Shown here in pieces: positions 7,263 through 16,957 of a stretch of DNA of 56,219 bases. This stretch comes from a virus. A program made the translations under genes and the position numbers. The stretch's first letter is position 1. Each line of letters begins with the position of its first letter. The stretch covers positions 1-56,219 of IMG/VR virus record IMGVR_UViG_3300045988_063094; one strand, given 5' to 3'. Below the pieces are notes generated by a model, which worked only from the letters and a program-made list of their open reading frames with translations, made no database searches and was not told the DNA's origin.

Positions 7263-10200
7263 TTAATAACTATAGACTTCGTTGCCCATCAGCGACATTC
7301 CACGAGCGTTCTGATTTTTTTCGACAGAAGCCGTAAGCTGTCTGCCGTCCAGATAAATTTTGAGTTCTTTTCCTCCGGTCAGTTCGTCGCCGTACCGCTG
7401 AAAGATGTCAAGGAACGCGTTGTAAGTGCCATTGTAGACAGATTCACGCATTTCCTCTTCGTTGAAATCGACCGTTACGGTCGTGCTCCCACCGTAAGAG
7501 CCGGAGGACGTGCCGTTGTTTTTATCCCACTCTTTCGTACCTGGATAATCAGATGGATTGTAGTTTGGGTAATTGGGCGTATAGCTAGGATTGTAACTAG
7601 GATAGTTAGAACTCGAAGGTGTATAGCTAGGCGTCGTAAAATTATACTTTTCCTTTAGGCTATTTAGCGTTTCTTGTTGCTGGCGCATCAACTCTTCGTA
7701 TTCGGAGTTGTAATCCCTGTTGCCGTCGTTCTTAAGCTTTTCTTGTTCCTCTGCCAGCTTTCTGGCCGCCTGGTTATCTCTACGCTTCTGAGCAATCTTG
7801 TCAGCAAAGTCATACAACGGATTGGAGAGCCTGCTCATCGAGCTCATTCCAAGACCTCGTCCGATTTTGCTGTTTGCGAGCTTATTATAAGCGTCGATGA
7901 CAACATTGATAGCGCTGATAAAGCCTTGAATAGTAAACCCAAGCACTCGAAGGACGCCTTCAAAGACAAGCGACACGAAGTCTCCAAATCCGTTCCATGC
8001 TTTCTTCATGGAGTTCGCGGCATCGCCGTTTTTATTAACCATGTTCACCAATGCACCCACAAACATTCCGATAAGAGAAATGACAAGCATAATCGGGTTT
8101 GCGTCCATTGCGACGTTCAGCCCGGTTTGTGCAGTCGTTGCAGTTGCAAGAGAAGGGACAAACATTCCAATGAACCCAGAAGCAAGCTGAGACAGGTTGG
8201 TAAAAACTCCGCTCAAGGACGTGGACAGCTTCGAAAGCGCAGTCAGAGCAAATGTTTGAATCTGTTTTTTTTGCTCATCGTTCAGATTGTGATAGAAATA
8301 TGCAGCAGACCATGTTGCAATTTTCTCAAGATTGCCGTTTTTAATTGCGGTGAATAACGTTTGGATACTGCCAATCGTATCCGTTTGAATCGCTTTGTTT
8401 ACGTTGTTCCACTCGGAATCAAGGTTTGCCCAAAAGGTTGTCCCAAAGTAGGTAGCAGCAGAGCCAAATAGAGAAGCTGTAGATGGAACTTGCGTGTTCA
8501 TACCTTCCGCAGTTTGTGCGGCGGCAGCCTGCCCCATCGCATTGAATGCGCCAGTGTCAAGTCCGAGACCTTTAGATGCGGCGTTGATAGCCTGCAAGCC
8601 CATTAGGTTCATGGCATCATTAACAATTTGCTGTCCAGTTTCAACGCCAATCGCAAGGCCTTGGTCAATGTAGATGCCAAACCGTTCAAACAGCTTGGAA
8701 GGGGAATTGATGTCCGTCTCAGTGGTGAACTTGTCAATGATGGCTTTTGCAAGATTTTCAGCCGCTCCAGTTGCGTTGCTGATTCCGCTCTGAATGCCTT
8801 TTACAAGGCCTTGCCAAACGTTTTTCCCGGCTTCATACAATTTTGATGGCAAAGAAGCGATTGCGTCTGCAACTGCGTTTACCATGTTTGCAGCAGCTTT
8901 TCCAGCTTCTGCTGCCCAATTTTCTACTCCATCCAAGAACCTCGTAAAAGATTCTCCGGCCGATTTGATATGGTCATCCAAATGAACAAACCAATCGATC
9001 ACGCTTCCGATGTCAGAAATCAAATCCGCTAAACCAAGAAGCGCATTAGCGATGAAGCCTTGATTCATTGAAACGTCGAGACGCTCAGCCTCAGTTGGGC
9101 CTTTGCTAACCCAACGAACAAATGTCTCAATATCTGCAATCAAGTCAGCTAATCCAAGAAGAGCATTCGGGAACAAAGTTTTGTTCATTGTGACATCCAA
9201 ACGCTCAGATTCGCTGATTCCGTCTTTAATCCAACGAATAAAATCAGAAATGCTATCCGCGATTTGAGCAAACCCATCAACAAAGAAGGATGCCATGTTT
9301 CCAGCATCAATTCCAAGCTGCTGAAAAGTGCTATGCCAATCGGATTTTAAGTCAAAAGACTCTTTTTCACTTTCGCTACCTAATCCGCGAATCGCCACAG
9401 AAATGGCTTCAAATCCGATAACAGCAAGACCGGCTACAGGATGACCGCTAATAATCAACCCAATTCCAACTAAAGTTAGAGCCAAATCTCCTAAGTCCAA
9501 GTCGAGCTTTTTAACAACTTGTCGAATGGTTTCGAAAGCATTAAAAGCATTTTCTTTCCATTCTTCGGGAAGTAGGTCAAGAATCTGTTGAGCAAGTGTT
9601 TTAATAGATTCTTTCAAATGCTCGATGGACTGACCGAGTTTTCCTTCTGTAAGAGAAAGATCCCATCCCTGAGAAAAACCAAGTGCGGCAAGTTCGATAA
9701 GGTCTATGATTCTTTGTAGTCCGATTCTGAATTTCTCGCTGTTCTGATACAAGTCTACAAAACGCCATACAATTAGTGCTACAGTACCAGCAATTACAGC
9801 AAGTTCAGGGTTGACAAGTCCTAATTTCTTTCGTAATTCTCCAACAACCTGCCCCAATTTGTAAGCTAACCCGTGGACATTGTTTAACTGGTTGAAAAGA
9901 AAATCAGCAATTTTCCAAGCGGCAAATCCAGATGCAACACCTGCAATGATTGGAAGAAGTTTTTTTATTTTTTCCTTGATTTCATCAATAGATGTGCCAA
10001 CATAGTTCTTGAACATATCGTAGCCGGACAGGTCTACGTCACCCAAGATGTTGCCAGCAGATGCGCCGCTGCCAGAGCCGGAGCTTCCCTGTGTGGGGTC
10101 AATGATGTTCAGTTCATCAAAGCCCATCGTGTAGTCCTTGAGGGCTTTGGCGGCTTTCTTTGTCGAATCGGTTGTTTCGTCCATTGCGTCACCGATGCCG

Positions 10201-11633
10201 CCAACGCTATCAGCGCTCTTGGTGAAATCAGTAAACACGACCTTCACACCCATCAGCTTTGCCACCCACTCAACGAACTCTCGAATGAGCTGCACGGCGG
10301 CAATCAGCGGGGGAAGAATGGATTTCAGGGCAGGGTAGAGCAGAGAACCGACAGACTTTGCCAGCATATCCAACTGCGCTTTCAGAATCTTAATCTGGTT
10401 GGCAGGGCTTTGGATGGTCTGCGCAAGATTGCCCTGCACATTGGCAGTCTGCTTCATAATGGCAATGTAACGCAGAACTGCTTTATCTACCTGGGACAGG
10501 CTAGAGACTTGCTTGTTAAAGCCCAAGGCAAGAAGTTCCTGCTGTAACCGTTCCTGAGTTAGATCAATGCCCAAACGGCGAATAGGCTCAATCTCGCCAG
10601 AGATAGCAGAGGACATTGCGGTAAAGGTTTCGGCAACATCCTTGTTCCAATAAGAACCCTCATCATAGGCAAGCTGGGTCAGGTTCTTAGACAGAATGTA
10701 TGCTTTGTCGCTGGCCAAACCGAACGAAGTACCCAAACTCTGGATGGTAGCCATGTAGGTCATCGCTTTGGTCGGGTCAACGCCAAGCAATCCCTGCATC
10801 TTGCTAATAAGCGTATCGGCTTCACCGCTCAGATTGCCCATAGCATTATGAAACAGGTCTGTTGCTTCGTAAAAGTCATTAAACTTTGCAACAGCGTTGC
10901 CAAGATATTCAGCAATAGCTTTCAACGAAACCAGCTTTGCCATGTTCCGCATAAAGCCGTTCATCTGATTGGACAGACTGAGATAGCTCTTACGCTGCTT
11001 TTCGTTGGCTGCGGTCACGCGGTTTGCCTGTGTGACCACTTTGCTCAACTGCGGAGGGAGCGTTGCAAAAGCATTGCCCACCTTGTCGAGCTGAGATGCA
11101 AGGGGAATAAGGGCGGCGGAAATCTTCTGGCAAGAACTTGCAAAAGAATCAAGGTCAGTCGCTTTCAGCTTGTCGGTTAGGTCAGGAACCTTCCCAATCG
11201 CATTGAAAGCGCTGCCAAGAGCTTTAAGGTTCGATGCGTCCAGAATGGACAGAGGAGCCAAAGCATTAGTGAGCTGAGTGATGCTTCCTGACATGGAGTA
11301 GAAATCCACACCGTTCAAGCCGGAGACTGCCGCAGGAATCTTCTTGATTGCATTCACGACCGTGTTGATGCTCTTTGCGCTTGCGGTCGTGTTGACGTTG
11401 GAAAGCCCGTTCAAGAAGTTATTGATTTTATCCAGCCCGGACATTCCAGCGGATGCCTGTTTCAGCGTTGCAATAGAACTAGCCAGCTTATCAAGGCTGT
11501 TCACAACCTTCGTGACGTTGCCCTTTGTACGCAAATTAGAAATGGCGGTAGCGAGCTTGTCGATATTAAGCTCCGCACCGCTGGATTCCGCAGAGATTTC
11601 TACGGATAAGCTTGTAATATCAACATCAGCCAT
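7263..11633 (-). CDS. tail tape measure protein
   Basis: About 1456 aa with coiled-coil and TM-rich segments. Located between the chaperone pair and the tail-tip genes. Confidence 0.9.
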   Translation of the reverse strand: MADVDITSLSVEISAESSGAELNIDKLATAISNLRTKGNVTKVVNSLDKLASSIATLKQASAGMSGLDKINNFLNGLSNVNTTASAKSINTVVNAIKKIPAAVSGLNGVDFYSMSGSITQLTNALAPLSILDASNLKALGSAFNAIGKVPDLTDKLKATDLDSFASSCQKISAALIPLASQLDKVGNAFATLPPQLSKVVTQANRVTAANEKQRKSYLSLSNQMNGFMRNMAKLVSLKAIAEYLGNAVAKFNDFYEATDLFHNAMGNLSGEADTLISKMQGLLGVDPTKAMTYMATIQSLGTSFGLASDKAYILSKNLTQLAYDEGSYWNKDVAETFTAMSSAISGEIEPIRRLGIDLTQERLQQELLALGFNKQVSSLSQVDKAVLRYIAIMKQTANVQGNLAQTIQSPANQIKILKAQLDMLAKSVGSLLYPALKSILPPLIAAVQLIREFVEWVAKLMGVKVVFTDFTKSADSVGGIGDAMDETTDSTKKAAKALKDYTMGFDELNIIDPTQGSSGSGSGASAGNILGDVDLSGYDMFKNYVGTSIDEIKEKIKKLLPIIAGVASGFAAWKIADFLFNQLNNVHGLAYKLGQVVGELRKKLGLVNPELAVIAGTVALIVWRFVDLYQNSEKFRIGLQRIIDLIELAALGFSQGWDLSLTEGKLGQSIEHLKESIKTLAQQILDLLPEEWKENAFNAFETIRQVVKKLDLDLGDLALTLVGIGLIISGHPVAGLAVIGFEAISVAIRGLGSESEKESFDLKSDWHSTFQQLGIDAGNMASFFVDGFAQIADSISDFIRWIKDGISESERLDVTMNKTLFPNALLGLADLIADIETFVRWVSKGPTEAERLDVSMNQGFIANALLGLADLISDIGSVIDWFVHLDDHIKSAGESFTRFLDGVENWAAEAGKAAANMVNAVADAIASLPSKLYEAGKNVWQGLVKGIQSGISNATGAAENLAKAIIDKFTTETDINSPSKLFERFGIYIDQGLAIGVETGQQIVNDAMNLMGLQAINAASKGLGLDTGAFNAMGQAAAAQTAEGMNTQVPSTASLFGSAATYFGTTFWANLDSEWNNVNKAIQTDTIGSIQTLFTAIKNGNLEKIATWSAAYFYHNLNDEQKKQIQTFALTALSKLSTSLSGVFTNLSQLASGFIGMFVPSLATATTAQTGLNVAMDANPIMLVISLIGMFVGALVNMVNKNGDAANSMKKAWNGFGDFVSLVFEGVLRVLGFTIQGFISAINVVIDAYNKLANSKIGRGLGMSSMSRLSNPLYDFADKIAQKRRDNQAARKLAEEQEKLKNDGNRDYNSEYEELMRQQQETLNSLKEKYNFTTPSYTPSSSNYPSYNPSYTPNYPNYNPSDYPGTKEWDKNNGTSSGSYGGSTTVTVDFNEEEMRESVYNGTYNAFLDIFQRYGDELTGGKELKIYLDGRQLTASVEKNQNARGMSLMGNEVYSY

Positions 11634-12380
11634 CACTACCACCATCACTTTCCATCATAGAGAACATCATTCTCTTGATTCGCTCCTGCGCCTCAACTGC
11701 GCGTTGGTATTCATACTCGTCTTTATCCTTTTGAGTAAGGGGAATCGGTCTATCCATGTACTTGATGGGGCTAGACCCTTTCTTTCGGAACATATTGCCA
11801 ACCGTAGAGGAAAGTGCAGATGCCATGTAAAAGCCGTTTCTCCACGCTTCTGCATTGGCTCTGCGTTCTCGCAGCTCCTCTGCATCACGGTATACCTTAG
11901 CCAGCCAGACATCACCGTGCCAGAACTGTTCGTAGGTCATGCCGATGGAAATGTAATAGGCTTCTACATCGTGAAACAGCTTGGAAAAGGAAGGCTGTTC
12001 TTTCTCTCCCTCCGTTTCCCCTTGAGGTCGTGTTACACGACCTCCCACGTTGCGTTTTTTGCGGTCTTGTCCTCGGTGTCAGTTGCCAGAAGAGACTTAG
12101 AAGCGTCCATGAACATCTCAAGCAGCGCAGCCATCAGCTCTTCCTTCTCGTCGATGTGGGCAAACATTTCGTCCACGACTTTACGCTTGATGCCACGATT
12201 CCGGGCAATGAACGCACCGTAGAACAGGGCGCGGGAGTTGGACAGCAGGTTGGTCATCTGGGTATACTGACCAATCTGAAAGCCTGCGCGTTCGGTGGCT
12301 TCCACGCTGTCACGGGTGAAAGTCAGCTCGTAAGTGTTCTTGCCATCGGGGGAATGAAAATTGATAACTTTTGCAGCCAT
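11626..12380 (-). CDS. tail assembly chaperone, -1 frameshift-extended form (gpGT-like)
   Basis: The ORF 11626..12048 frame has no proper start and is entered from 12033..12380 by a -1 slip at A_AAA_AAC. Confidence 0.6.
12033..12380 (-). CDS. tail assembly chaperone (gpG-like)
   Basis: 115-aa ORF between the major tail and tape measure genes. Confidence 0.7.
   Translation of the reverse strand: MAAKVINFHSPDGKNTYELTFTRDSVEATERAGFQIGQYTQMTNLLSNSRALFYGAFIARNRGIKRKVVDEMFAHIDEKEELMAALLEMFMDASKSLLATDTEDKTAKNATWEVV
12054..12060 (-). promoter_or_regulatory. slippery heptamer A_AAA_AAC for programmed -1 frameshifting
   Basis: Minus strand reads GCA AAA AAC, 7 codons before the gpG stop. The -1 frame continues open to 11626. 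Confidence 0.6.
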
Positions 12381-12464
12381 AATAAATGCTCTCCTTTATA
12401 AATAGGGGCAGAACTAAATCCGATGTTCAGTTCTGCCCGGTTTGATTGATTCGATTAAGATGTA

Positions 12465-12902
12465 TTAGGAAACGTCAAGGGAAACCGTTTCAGCCCATTT
12501 GGGTTTACTCAGGAAAATAATGTTGATGGGGAACTCCAACGGTTCGTCAACGCCTGCGCCGGACATACCGCACTGGTGCATACCATCCCAAGTAAACCCA
12601 GAGCCATCAGAGAACTTCAGAGCATAATGATGCGTGGCGTTAAGTTCTCCATCCGAATCCTTATATCCACGCTCAATAACGGCACCATAATCCGTCTTGT
12701 TATAGAACGCAGTGAAAGCCTTAAGGTCAGACTGGTTGATGCCGAAAATCTGTTTCTGCATAGGGTCAGAAAGGGTAGTGACGTCCAAAAGGTTCGGGTC
12801 GGAAATCAGGTCAGGAAAATCCTTGATGTCGCACAACTTGGTCATAGTGCCGGAAGTTCCTTCATAAAGAGTAATTCCGTAGCTGGAAATTCCAGTTGCC
12901 AT
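12465..12902 (-). CDS. major tail protein
   Basis: 145-aa ORF upstream of the chaperone pair, with a TP901-1/phi13-like N-terminus. Confidence 0.7.
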   Translation of the reverse strand: MATGISSYGITLYEGTSGTMTKLCDIKDFPDLISDPNLLDVTTLSDPMQKQIFGINQSDLKAFTAFYNKTDYGAVIERGYKDSDGELNATHHYALKFSDGSGFTWDGMHQCGMSGAGVDEPLEFPINIIFLSKPKWAETVSLDVS

Positions 12903-12917
12903 AGAATGTTTACCTCC

Positions 12918-13319
12918 TTAGTTTCGGTAAATCATTCCGTCCTCTCCGATTGTTGCCCCATAGCTGCAATCAATCCGATAGACGGAATTGTTGTACAGCC
13001 CATTCAACGGGGCAAACGATTTTCGATAGAAATTGAGTGGTTCCAATACAGAATCCACAATGCTCACAATGGAGCGGGCTTCTGCAATGCGTCCGCTGGT
13101 TTTGTTGGAGTAGACACGCACACGCATGGAAACGGCAGCATACTTGCTTCGGCTGGCAGAATCCAAATGAACCGGGAGGTTGCTGTTTTCCTCTATCTGC
13201 ACACATGGAAACTTTTTGACGTTGCTGTCATTGATTTCACCGGTGACAAAGATGCCGGGGACTTGTTTTCGCAGTTCCGTGGCAACAGCCGTGAAGATGG
13301 AATTGAAATAATCAATCAA
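12918..13319 (-). CDS. tail completion/terminator protein
   Basis: Called from position and size in the head-tail joining block. Confidence 0.5.
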   Translation of the reverse strand: MIDYFNSIFTAVATELRKQVPGIFVTGEINDSNVKKFPCVQIEENSNLPVHLDSASRSKYAAVSMRVRVYSNKTSGRIAEARSIVSIVDSVLEPLNFYRKSFAPLNGLYNNSVYRIDCSYGATIGEDGMIYRN

Positions 13320-13858
13320 CTATTCCAGACCTCCCTCCACGTTGCTTCTACCTGAGAAGCCATTTCTTCAACAGCCCCCCACATAGCCATGGCCGCATCG
13401 TTGCCGCTGGTGTAATTCAACTGACCTTTGCCGGGAACGGTATCTACATAGGTTCCGGCATTGCCGGGGTCGCCGTAGTAGTACCAGCGCTTATGCTTGC
13501 CATTTTCCTTACCGTATGTGCCATGCTCACCAATGTTGTCAGGCAAAGGGAGCGGGCCGACCGTTCCGGCAGCGCCCCATCCCTGATGCGTAACGCCGGT
13601 GCCAAATTCGATGTGAGCAACCGCCTTGCCTTCTGCAACGATGGTACAGGTGTTTCCGTTCTGCTCAACACGGCAAGAGACATCGTTACTGCCAGCATAT
13701 TGAGCATTAGCAAAGCGAACTTTTGCCACGTCAAGCCCTTTGTCAGCCAACGCCTTTGCGAACTCCTGTGCCTTTTTGTTCAGGGTGGTCTTGTGCTCCT
13801 GTATCTGACGTTCCGCATCACGAAGTCCGGCATCACTCAACCTCACTTTAATTTTCAC
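13316..13858 (-). CDS. HK97 gp10-like head-tail joining protein
   Basis: N-terminus MKIKVRLSDAGLRDAERQIQ... and AHIEFGTGV resemble HK97 gp10. Confidence 0.55.
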   Translation of the reverse strand: MKIKVRLSDAGLRDAERQIQEHKTTLNKKAQEFAKALADKGLDVAKVRFANAQYAGSNDVSCRVEQNGNTCTIVAEGKAVAHIEFGTGVTHQGWGAAGTVGPLPLPDNIGEHGTYGKENGKHKRWYYYGDPGNAGTYVDTVPGKGQLNYTSGNDAAMAMWGAVEEMASQVEATWREVWNS

Positions 13859-14222
13859 TTGCAGCCACCTCTTTCAGCGCATACAACGTGTCCGTGATAT
13901 GCTCTGCGACTTTGACCACAATGTAGTTGAAGGGCTTTGAAACGTCCGTCTGAAACCAGACGTGCGTACCCTCATAAAGTGGAGTGTTATGCTTTCTGCT
14001 GGACGAACTGACCACATAGCTGTAATCCGTAAACGCTCCAAAAGGGCTTGCTTCCGCAGAACCGGTAGGCGGGCTGACGTTCAACATCAGCTTTGCAGGG
14101 TCACTCCACGTCTGCGATGTTTCGCCGGTTTCGTTTCCCCATTCGTCCACAACAGGCGTTTTCTCGCCAACAGGGTTTGAATACCAAAGTGGGCGCTTGT
14201 CCAGCGGGCTTCCATTGAACAT
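13848..14222 (-). CDS. head closure / head-tail adaptor protein
   Basis: Called from position between the connector and gp10-like genes. Confidence 0.5.
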   Translation of the reverse strand: MFNGSPLDKRPLWYSNPVGEKTPVVDEWGNETGETSQTWSDPAKLMLNVSPPTGSAEASPFGAFTDYSYVVSSSSRKHNTPLYEGTHVWFQTDVSKPFNYIVVKVAEHITDTLYALKEVAASEN

Positions 14223-14566
14223 CAGCCGATAACACCTACTCTCGGAACCACATCATTCAACAGGGACTGTGCCACATCGGAGCTTTCCCACACACGAGTA
14301 ATGCCGTTGTTGGTATAGCTCGTCTGCCCGTTTGCGCCGATGTGGTTGTACAGTTCCGCTGCAATGCGTATCTGCAACGACTGATACTGCAAGGGCAGCT
14401 CGTCCGGTCTGTTGCCGAAGGGATAGCCCTGTGCAAATATCTTGTCTTTGGCGAAATCAAGTAGCAGGTCGAAGAGTGGGTAGTCCTCGTCCGTGATTTC
14501 ACGGTCAAGTGCAGGGGCAATGTACTGCCCCAGCTTGACTGCCGCTTCGGAATACTGGTCTCCCAT
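14222..14566 (-). CDS. gp6-like head-tail connector protein
   Basis: Internal ATG at 14566 just after the capsid gene stop. The upstream part of the tracked ORF overlaps the capsid gene. Confidence 0.55.
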   Translation of the reverse strand: MGDQYSEAAVKLGQYIAPALDREITDEDYPLFDLLLDFAKDKIFAQGYPFGNRPDELPLQYQSLQIRIAAELYNHIGANGQTSYTNNGITRVWESSDVAQSLLNDVVPRVGVIG

Positions 14567-14586
14567 GCTGCTTTTCTCCTTTCGCC

Positions 14587-15654
14587 TTAGTAAGCCTTGA
14601 TGCAGTACACAGCGTCCATCTTCTGGAAGGACGGCAGGACAATTTCGGATGCAATGATGTTTGTGTTGACGGGGTGAGGTTCCTTGATAGTGGTGACTGC
14701 AACGCCGTTGTTTACGATAGAAACAGAAGCGTTCGTCATGCCCGCACGGAGGTCTGCCTCTTCGGGAGTAGTGCCATACCACATCTCGCCGACCTTACCA
14801 TCAGGAACCAGAACAACATAGCCATCCGGGATATATTTAACGGAATCGCCACCGCCTTCAGGCTGATACATTTTGTCGAACAAATGAATCTTAATGTCGG
14901 TAGTCTGCTCGATCAGAGCTCGTGCTTCACTCTGGGTAAGCACGGCAATAGACTTTGCCGTAACCGTCATGAAACGGTTTTTCACCTCGTCAGAAGCAAT
15001 CATCTTATTCAGAGTGTTGGTGTTCATGTAGGCGCGAGTGATGGTTTCGCCAACATTTGCAGCAATCGCATCTTTCGCAGTGGCGAAATCGGTAAGGGGA
15101 GTCGAAGTGGTAACGTCCCACTTCGCCTTGCCGGTAAGAGCCTTGTAATTCTTTGCCTGCCAAGTACCATCCGGGTCGTAATCGTAGATGTAGTTCACGC
15201 CGTTCGCTTTGATGGTAATGCCGGGCTTGCCGTTCTCCGGGCAAAGCAGTTGCCATGCCATACGTTCAGGAACAATTCGAGCACCAGTAATCAGCTCTGC
15301 GGCATCATCGAAAATTCGGCTGATGATTTCCTCTGCAAAAGTGCTCTTGCTGTTCTGAATCTCCATCAGCATCTGGCGGTCTTTCTCGTCAATGTGGAAA
15401 CCCTCACGGAAGAACGGCATCTCGGTTTCAGACATCTTAAAGCCCTTGCGCTCGCGGAAGGTCGCCTTCGTGTCAAATGCACTCGGCATCAGGGAGATGC
15501 CAACGCCCTTGTGACCGCGAATCCACTTCAGCTCCAGACCAGATTTCTTGCGCGGAGGAAACAGGGCATCAGAGCCGAATGCTTGCGCGTTGGTAACATC
15601 GTTCGTCCAATACTCAGCAAGTGCATCGGAAGTGAAATATTTCTGAAAATCCAT
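14587..15654 (-). CDS. major capsid protein (lambda gpE-like family)
   Basis: 355 aa, preceded by decoration and scaffold genes. N-terminal LFPPRKK..LELKWIRG pattern. Confidence 0.8.
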   Translation of the reverse strand: MDFQKYFTSDALAEYWTNDVTNAQAFGSDALFPPRKKSGLELKWIRGHKGVGISLMPSAFDTKATFRERKGFKMSETEMPFFREGFHIDEKDRQMLMEIQNSKSTFAEEIISRIFDDAAELITGARIVPERMAWQLLCPENGKPGITIKANGVNYIYDYDPDGTWQAKNYKALTGKAKWDVTTSTPLTDFATAKDAIAANVGETITRAYMNTNTLNKMIASDEVKNRFMTVTAKSIAVLTQSEARALIEQTTDIKIHLFDKMYQPEGGGDSVKYIPDGYVVLVPDGKVGEMWYGTTPEEADLRAGMTNASVSIVNNGVAVTTIKEPHPVNTNIIASEIVLPSFQKMDAVYCIKAY

Positions 15655-15668
15655 GTTTTTTACCTCCG

Positions 15669-16040
15669 TTAAGCATTAGTGCCGATGTTGTCACGGAAAA
15701 AGACTGCGGGAACAGCCTTATGCAGAGCGGCAACGTCATCAGCAGTAAAGGAAAAGCCAGAACTTGCCTTTGCCTTTTTCTGGTCAACAACGCCCTGAAT
15801 AAGCAGCGCGCCGTTTGGGTTGACGGAAGGGTCAACAGTGTGCAGCAGAATGCCAATGGCATCGGTGACTGCCGCATCGGAAGCCCCGGTAGTGGTAGAA
15901 GCCTTCTTGCCGGTCTTTGCCATAGGATAGCCAGCCTTTACCACACCGGCTTCGGTTACGGTAAAGGGAATAGCAACGTAGGTATCAGCAGCCAAAATAA
16001 TGCTTTCAGGAGCCGATACCGGAGTAGTGATATACTTCAT
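15669..16040 (-). CDS. head decoration protein (gpD-like position)
   Basis: 123-aa ORF directly upstream of the capsid gene. Confidence 0.5.
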   Translation of the reverse strand: MKYITTPVSAPESIILAADTYVAIPFTVTEAGVVKAGYPMAKTGKKASTTTGASDAAVTDAIGILLHTVDPSVNPNGALLIQGVVDQKKAKASSGFSFTADDVAALHKAVPAVFFRDNIGTNA

Positions 16041-16050
16041 GTTTTCCTCC

Positions 16051-16632
16051 TTAATGGAAAGCGTTCAGTGCGTCACTCGATGCCTTATTTTCGGCATTCT
16101 TTCTTGCTGCAAGGCTCTTAGCAAACGCCACGCCCTCACTGTCAGAGCCGCCCTTGCCATCCGCACCCGGGGGCGTGGGCATATCCTTCAGCAGAGAAGC
16201 TTTGTATGCGGTGTCGTGGGCGGTCATAAACTCCGACTGGAACTTAAACACCTTGTCCATGTCACCTTCAGCAAGAGCAGATGCAGCCTTGCCAGCCAGT
16301 TCAGCATCATAACCCTGTGCAACGAACTTCTCACGGTAAGATGCAAGGGTCTTTTCCTTGACGAGGTTTTCCTTGTCGGCAGTCAAGGCTTCAATCTGCT
16401 TCTGCATCTCTGCCAGCTTATCGGCCTGTTCCTGTGCGGCATTCTCGTCATCGGTACGCTTTGCTTTGAGCTGCTTCTTGTACTCGGCGGCTTCGCCGTT
16501 GGCTTTCGTCACGGCGTTGCGCAGCTTTTCAACCTCTGCGTTAGGGTCTGCAACCTTTTCCAGCGCAGAAATGATTTCATCGGCGGTCATGCCCTCTTTG
16601 TAGGCATCACCAAGCAACACACTGAGTTTCAT
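16051..16632 (-). CDS. capsid scaffolding protein
   Basis: ATG at 16632 with GGAGGA RBS. Charged coiled-coil protein between the portal and capsid genes. Confidence 0.65.
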   Translation of the reverse strand: MKLSVLLGDAYKEGMTADEIISALEKVADPNAEVEKLRNAVTKANGEAAEYKKQLKAKRTDDENAAQEQADKLAEMQKQIEALTADKENLVKEKTLASYREKFVAQGYDAELAGKAASALAEGDMDKVFKFQSEFMTAHDTAYKASLLKDMPTPPGADGKGGSDSEGVAFAKSLAARKNAENKASSDALNAFH

Positions 16633-16732
16633 ATCGTTAATTTCCTCCTGCGTTTTTTTACCGTTGCTTCCCTGCAACGCTGCGAAATTTGTATCCCGGC
16701 TTCCCTGCCGGAATATGCAAAGGCGAAAACCT

Positions 16733-16957
16733 TTACTTCCATTCATCAACGATTTCCCAATCGTCACATGCCATATTTTCCATGGTGTACAAAATATCTT
16801 CTGAATCAACAAGATTTACAATCTTGCCATCGTAACAGTGCATTTCGACATAAGGCTTTTTAGAGTCTTTAGTCCCCAAGCACCAATAACCAGTCCAATG
16901 ATGACGCTTGATTTTACGACCTCGTTTAAGAGAAAACAAAGCACTTGCAAAATTCAT
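16733..16957 (-). CDS. DUF2829-like protein (Thoeris anti-defence Tad2 family candidate)
   Basis: MNFASALFSLKRGRKIKRHHWTG ... DDWEIV matches the recalled DUF2829 N- and C-terminal hallmarks. Confidence 0.5.
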   Translation of the reverse strand: MNFASALFSLKRGRKIKRHHWTGYWCLGTKDSKKPYVEMHCYDGKIVNLVDSEDILYTMENMACDDWEIVDEWK

